DNA from: a virus
Taxonomy: Duplodnaviria; Heunggongvirae; Uroviricota; Caudoviricetes
Reading direction: 5' to 3' (one strand)
DNA: 7,488 bases
IMG/VR virus record: IMGVR_UViG_2663763232_000018
This document shows positions 4,366-7,488 of the stretch, piece by piece. The notes under the pieces are model-generated. The model was not told the origin of the DNA and did no database searches. It saw only the letters and a program-made list of their open reading frames with translations. Position 1 is the first letter of the stretch. Each line of letters begins with the position of its first letter. The translations under genes were made by a program, and so were the position numbers.

Positions 4366-6719
4366 CCACGGCAACCAGTGGCCGTCGCGCCCCTTCTCCA
4401 CCTCCACCGTATCCGGGCAGCACTGACAATGCTATCCCTTACGCTTATGGCGGGAACAAACCATACCAGCCGATTGGCGTTGATGTAGCGCCGGGGCTGG
4501 ATGGTTTCGACTATCTCACGCCGGACGGCACGCGTAAGCATATTGCGTTCAGTGAACTGGTAGCGGAGGACGAAAAGCCGGAACGCAGTAAGCTGCTGCG
4601 TCGCCGTCTGGCTTCTCTTCCGCAATATGTCCGCCGCCACTTTGCAGCGAAGCTTGATGCGCTGGATGTGAAAGACCGCAAAGCGGCAGATCACTGGCTG
4701 CTTAACACCTTTGAGCGCCACGTATTAACGCGTATTGATAGCGTGAACAGTGTTTACCAGCCTGATACTGTGATGCCCGGCATTCTGCTGCCAATTCGCG
4801 ATCAGCTTTTCCGTATGCTCTGGGCAGGGAAAAAAGAGTTAAAAAGACTGGCTTATACGCTTGCCGATATCTTTACGAGCGAGTTTATACGCGAGTCCGA
4901 TCACCAGTTGGTGCGCACCGGCGATCCTGAGTTCGCGGCGCTTTCTGGCTATGGCCGTATTGCATCGCTGGCAGTGCATCTGAAAACGCCGATCCCCGGT
5001 TGGACAGCTTATTGCAATGAAGAACTTGAAGCGGAGGACGCGTTACGCGCAGTTCTCCGTCTTGAGTCACCGCAGTGGTGGTTAAACCGCCTGCGCCGTA
5101 TCCATGCCCGGTGGCGTGAGCATTTGATGATCGCAGCGGGATACGTCCAGAAAAAATCCTCCCCATACAGTAGCGCCCCGTGCCTTACGGAATGGCTGGC
5201 CCAGAAAAAAGCTAACCGTGAATACCTCAAGGCTATGGAACTGGAAGACCAGGACACGGGCGAGCGCATTTCGCTGATCGATAAAGTCGCCGGCAGTGTT
5301 GCCAATCCGGCCAACCGTCGCCGCGAACTCATGACGAGAATGCGCGGATTTGAAGATCTGGCGAAGCTGGAAGGGCTGGCCGGTGACTTCTACACGCTGA
5401 CAGCGCCTTCCCGCTATCACGCTATGCAGCATAACGGGCGCCGTAATAACAAATACTGTGGCGCGTCGCCGCGTGAGACACAGCAATATCTTTGCAAAGT
5501 CTGGGCGAGAACCCGCGCCGCATGGAAGAGAAAAGGGATCCGCGTCTTTGGTTTCCGCGTGGTCGAACCGCACCACGATGCAACGCCACACTGGCATTTG
5601 CTTCTTTTTATGCGCCCGGAATGCGTCGAGCAGGCGCGCGAAATCTTCCGTAAATATGCCCTGAAAGAAGACGGCAACGAACCGGGAGCGCAGGAAAACC
5701 GCTTTCAGGTCGTGCCGATCGACGATGCCCACGGCAGCGCAACTGGCTACATAGCGAAATACATTTCGAAGAATATCGACGGCTTCGCGCTGGATGGTGA
5801 GAAGGACGACGAAACCGGGGAAGACCTGAAAGAAATGTCACTCCGCGTTAGCGCGTGGGCATCGCGCTGGGCTATTCGTCAGTTTCAGCAGATCGGCGGT
5901 GCGCCGGTCACGGTATATCGCGAACTTCGCCGCTTGGGCGATCGCGAACTGGTGTTACACCCTGAACTGGAAACCGCCCGGCAGGCCGCTAACGGTGGCG
6001 AATGGGATAACTACGTATTAGCCCAGGGTGGCCCGTTGGTTGAGCGCGATAAGCTGCGCATCCGTCTGAATTATGAAACCACTGAAAACGGCAACGCCTA
6101 CGGCGATAACGTCCAGCGAATCACTGGTATTTACTGCCCGATTACGGGCAATGACTCTTTGATCTTCACCCGCACCACTCAATACAAAATCGTGCCGAAG
6201 CGCCAGAGCGCTGACGGTGTGGCCGTTGACGTTGGTTTTTCAGGCGGCAACGCCGCCCCTCGGAGTTCTGTCAATAACTGTACGCGGGATCCCGCGGCAG
6301 GTGCTGACGGTGTTGAACATGCCGATCACGAAGTGGGCGAGACGGTGAATTTTGATGCGCTTTCACGGCAGGAAAAGCGAGAACTGGCACAGAGGCTAAG
6401 TGACGATGTGCGAAGTAAGCGGAAAAAACGGCCACCGGAACGGGAAGACGGGGCCGGGATATCCGTGAAAGAGCAGCAGATCAGTGAACTGCTGGCGCTG
6501 CGTGGGATTGATGCCAGCGCCGGAATGGTCAGATCGATGATGGCCGGTGCGTCAGTGGCGTGCGGCGATCTTGTTATGACAGTGCAGGATGGGCGGCTGG
6601 TATCGCGCAACCGCGCCGCGTCGGGGCTGGATAAGCTGCCGTCGCAGGTGATGGCGGCGAAGCAACAGACAAATAGTCTTATTAACCGAATGAAAAAAGC
6701 CTTTAACGGTGCGTCATAA
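4362..6719 (+). CDS. A: Rolling-circle replication initiation protein gpA (HUH endonuclease superfamily), 785 aa
   Basis: HUH motif in PHWHLLLF (codons 5589-5597); paired catalytic tyrosines in GYIAKYISKNIDG (Tyr codons 5748-5750 and 5760-5762). Other blocks (TLTAPSRYH, VVEPHHDATPHWH, AWASRWAIRQF, RTTQYKIVPK, AAPRSSVNNC) match my recollection of P2 gpA. Confidence 0.9.
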   Translation: MTTATSGRRAPSPPPPYPGSTDNAIPYAYGGNKPYQPIGVDVAPGLDGFDYLTPDGTRKHIAFSELVAEDEKPERSKLLRRRLASLPQYVRRHFAAKLDALDVKDRKAADHWLLNTFERHVLTRIDSVNSVYQPDTVMPGILLPIRDQLFRMLWAGKKELKRLAYTLADIFTSEFIRESDHQLVRTGDPEFAALSGYGRIASLAVHLKTPIPGWTAYCNEELEAEDALRAVLRLESPQWWLNRLRRIHARWREHLMIAAGYVQKKSSPYSSAPCLTEWLAQKKANREYLKAMELEDQDTGERISLIDKVAGSVANPANRRRELMTRMRGFEDLAKLEGLAGDFYTLTAPSRYHAMQHNGRRNNKYCGASPRETQQYLCKVWARTRAAWKRKGIRVFGFRVVEPHHDATPHWHLLLFMRPECVEQAREIFRKYALKEDGNEPGAQENRFQVVPIDDAHGSATGYIAKYISKNIDGFALDGEKDDETGEDLKEMSLRVSAWASRWAIRQFQQIGGAPVTVYRELRRLGDRELVLHPELETARQAANGGEWDNYVLAQGGPLVERDKLRIRLNYETTENGNAYGDNVQRITGIYCPITGNDSLIFTRTTQYKIVPKRQSADGVAVDVGFSGGNAAPRSSVNNCTRDPAAGADGVEHADHEVGETVNFDALSRQEKRELAQRLSDDVRSKRKKRPPEREDGAGISVKEQQISELLALRGIDASAGMVRSMMAGASVACGDLVMTVQDGRLVSRNRAASGLDKLPSQVMAAKQQTNSLINRMKKAFNGAS
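6258..6274 (+). other. Candidate origin-of-replication nick region inside gene A (CCTCGGAGTTCTGTCAA)
   Basis: In P2 the ori lies within the A coding region. This stretch encodes the conserved AAPRSSVNNC block and closely resembles the P2 ori nick-site sequence as I remember it (one mismatch). That memory was not verified, so the call is tentative. Confidence 0.35.
6283..6296. repeat. Perfect 14-bp palindrome CGCGGGATCCCGCG with a central GATC, inside gene A
   Basis: Self-complementarity verified base by base. It lies 9 bp downstream of the candidate ori nick sequence. Confidence 0.85.
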
Positions 6720-6771
6720 CAGCGTGCCGGGGCTTCGCTTATTCATTTTCAGAAGAAACAGGAGTGACAGC

Positions 6772-7488
6772 ATGAGCAAAATTACCAGAGAACGCGCAGC
6801 AAAAATTGCAGCAGGCGGCGGATATAACTTTGATGAGGTGGAGGAGCTGGCGCGTATCGCGCTGGCATCGCTCGAAGCGGAGGAGTCAGGGCGAAATCCC
6901 GTGCTGGCCTATGCAGACAGTTACCGCGATATGGCTAAGCAGGGTGTTGAATCTATTCCTGTATGGAGCGTAATTACCGATCTGGAAAGAAATATCGCCC
7001 CGCTATACTCCGCCCCGCCAGCGCCGGTAGTTCCGGCAGAGCTTCATCCTGATACGCTGAAACTGGTGACCGACTTCAGCTCCGCCCTGGCTGAGAAGTT
7101 GTACAAGGCTCAATTAAAATATGGCTATGACGCGGACTGGAAACAAGATGGTTGGCCAAGCCAATGCCAGGCAGACTTTCAACAGCATATAGCTAAGGGA
7201 GACCCCCGGGATGTTGCCGCTTACTGTGCATTTATGTGGTATCACGGCTGGAAAACTGAGCCAGCGCCGGTATCGCTGCCTGACGAGCAACATAGCGAAC
7301 GCTTCAACTGGACACTTGGGCAGTGGGCTGAACATGTTGGGGGTCATTACCAGGGAAATGATCCGGCAAACTATTACGAGTTCGGCTCATTCATGGCGGT
7401 CGCTGCAATGCTGTGCCAATTCGGCACCGTTCAGCAAAAAATTGGATGGAACGCCTGCCGCGCCGCCATGGTTAACGCAGGCCAGTGA
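6772..7488 (+). CDS. Hypothetical two-domain protein, 238 aa, unknown function
   Basis: ATG at 6772 has a strong SD AGGAG (6760-6764) 7 nt upstream. The track start at 6709 is a GTG overlapping the end of A. The translation shows an acidic N-terminal region and a Trp/aromatic-rich C-terminal region (KYGYDADWKQDGW, AAYCAFMWYHGW) separated by a Pro/Ala linker (APPAPVVPAELHP). Stop TGA at 7486-7488. Confidence 0.7.
   Translation: MSKITRERAAKIAAGGGYNFDEVEELARIALASLEAEESGRNPVLAYADSYRDMAKQGVESIPVWSVITDLERNIAPLYSAPPAPVVPAELHPDTLKLVTDFSSALAEKLYKAQLKYGYDADWKQDGWPSQCQADFQQHIAKGDPRDVAAYCAFMWYHGWKTEPAPVSLPDEQHSERFNWTLGQWAEHVGGHYQGNDPANYYEFGSFMAVAAMLCQFGTVQQKIGWNACRAAMVNAGQ

Noticed and set aside
5082-5732. 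216-aa minus-strand ORF, plus other antisense or off-frame ORFs inside gene A (4356..4721, 4885..5166, 5009..5332, 5417..5677, 5458..5664, 5608..5841, 6326..6610)
   Set aside because: All lie wholly within the strongly supported gpA reading frame. Their translations are Arg/Ser/Cys/Pro-rich low-complexity strings typical of off-frame reading of GC-rich coding DNA, and none has a convincing SD. They are spurious.
1-7488. CRISPR arrays, tRNA or rRNA genes, IS elements, and the prophage attachment site
   Set aside because: I found no regularly spaced repeat-spacer structure, no cloverleaf-capable tRNA-like segment, and no transposase or terminal inverted repeats. The attachment site of P2-like phages lies beyond the 3' end of int, which is outside the window to the left of position 1.

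Overview
This window reads as the early/lysogeny-control region of a P2-family (P2/186-like) temperate prophage in an enterobacterial-type genome. On the minus strand are a complete tyrosine integrase (1..981) and a P2 C-type HTH repressor (1051..1371). On the plus strand, facing them, is a Cox-like excisionase/regulator (1472..1753), then six small ORFs (1764..3206) that become markedly AT-rich around 2440-3030, a Dam-family N6-adenine methyltransferase with a Cys-rich C-terminal tail (3203..4186), a 59-aa ORF missing from the supplied track (4186..4365), the HUH rolling-circle initiator gpA (4362..6719), and a 238-aa two-domain protein of unknown function (6772..7488). Nearly all plus-strand genes are joined by overlapping stop/start codons. 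No tRNA, rRNA, CRISPR array or IS element is supported. The most interesting leads are the switch region with 11-bp direct repeats, the AT-rich small-ORF block sitting where P2 has B and orf78-83, the unusual Dam, a candidate replication-origin nick site next to a perfect GATC-centred palindrome inside gene A, and the post-A gene at the position where P2 carries tin/old. All homology calls are from reading the translations and recalling family motifs; no database search was run.
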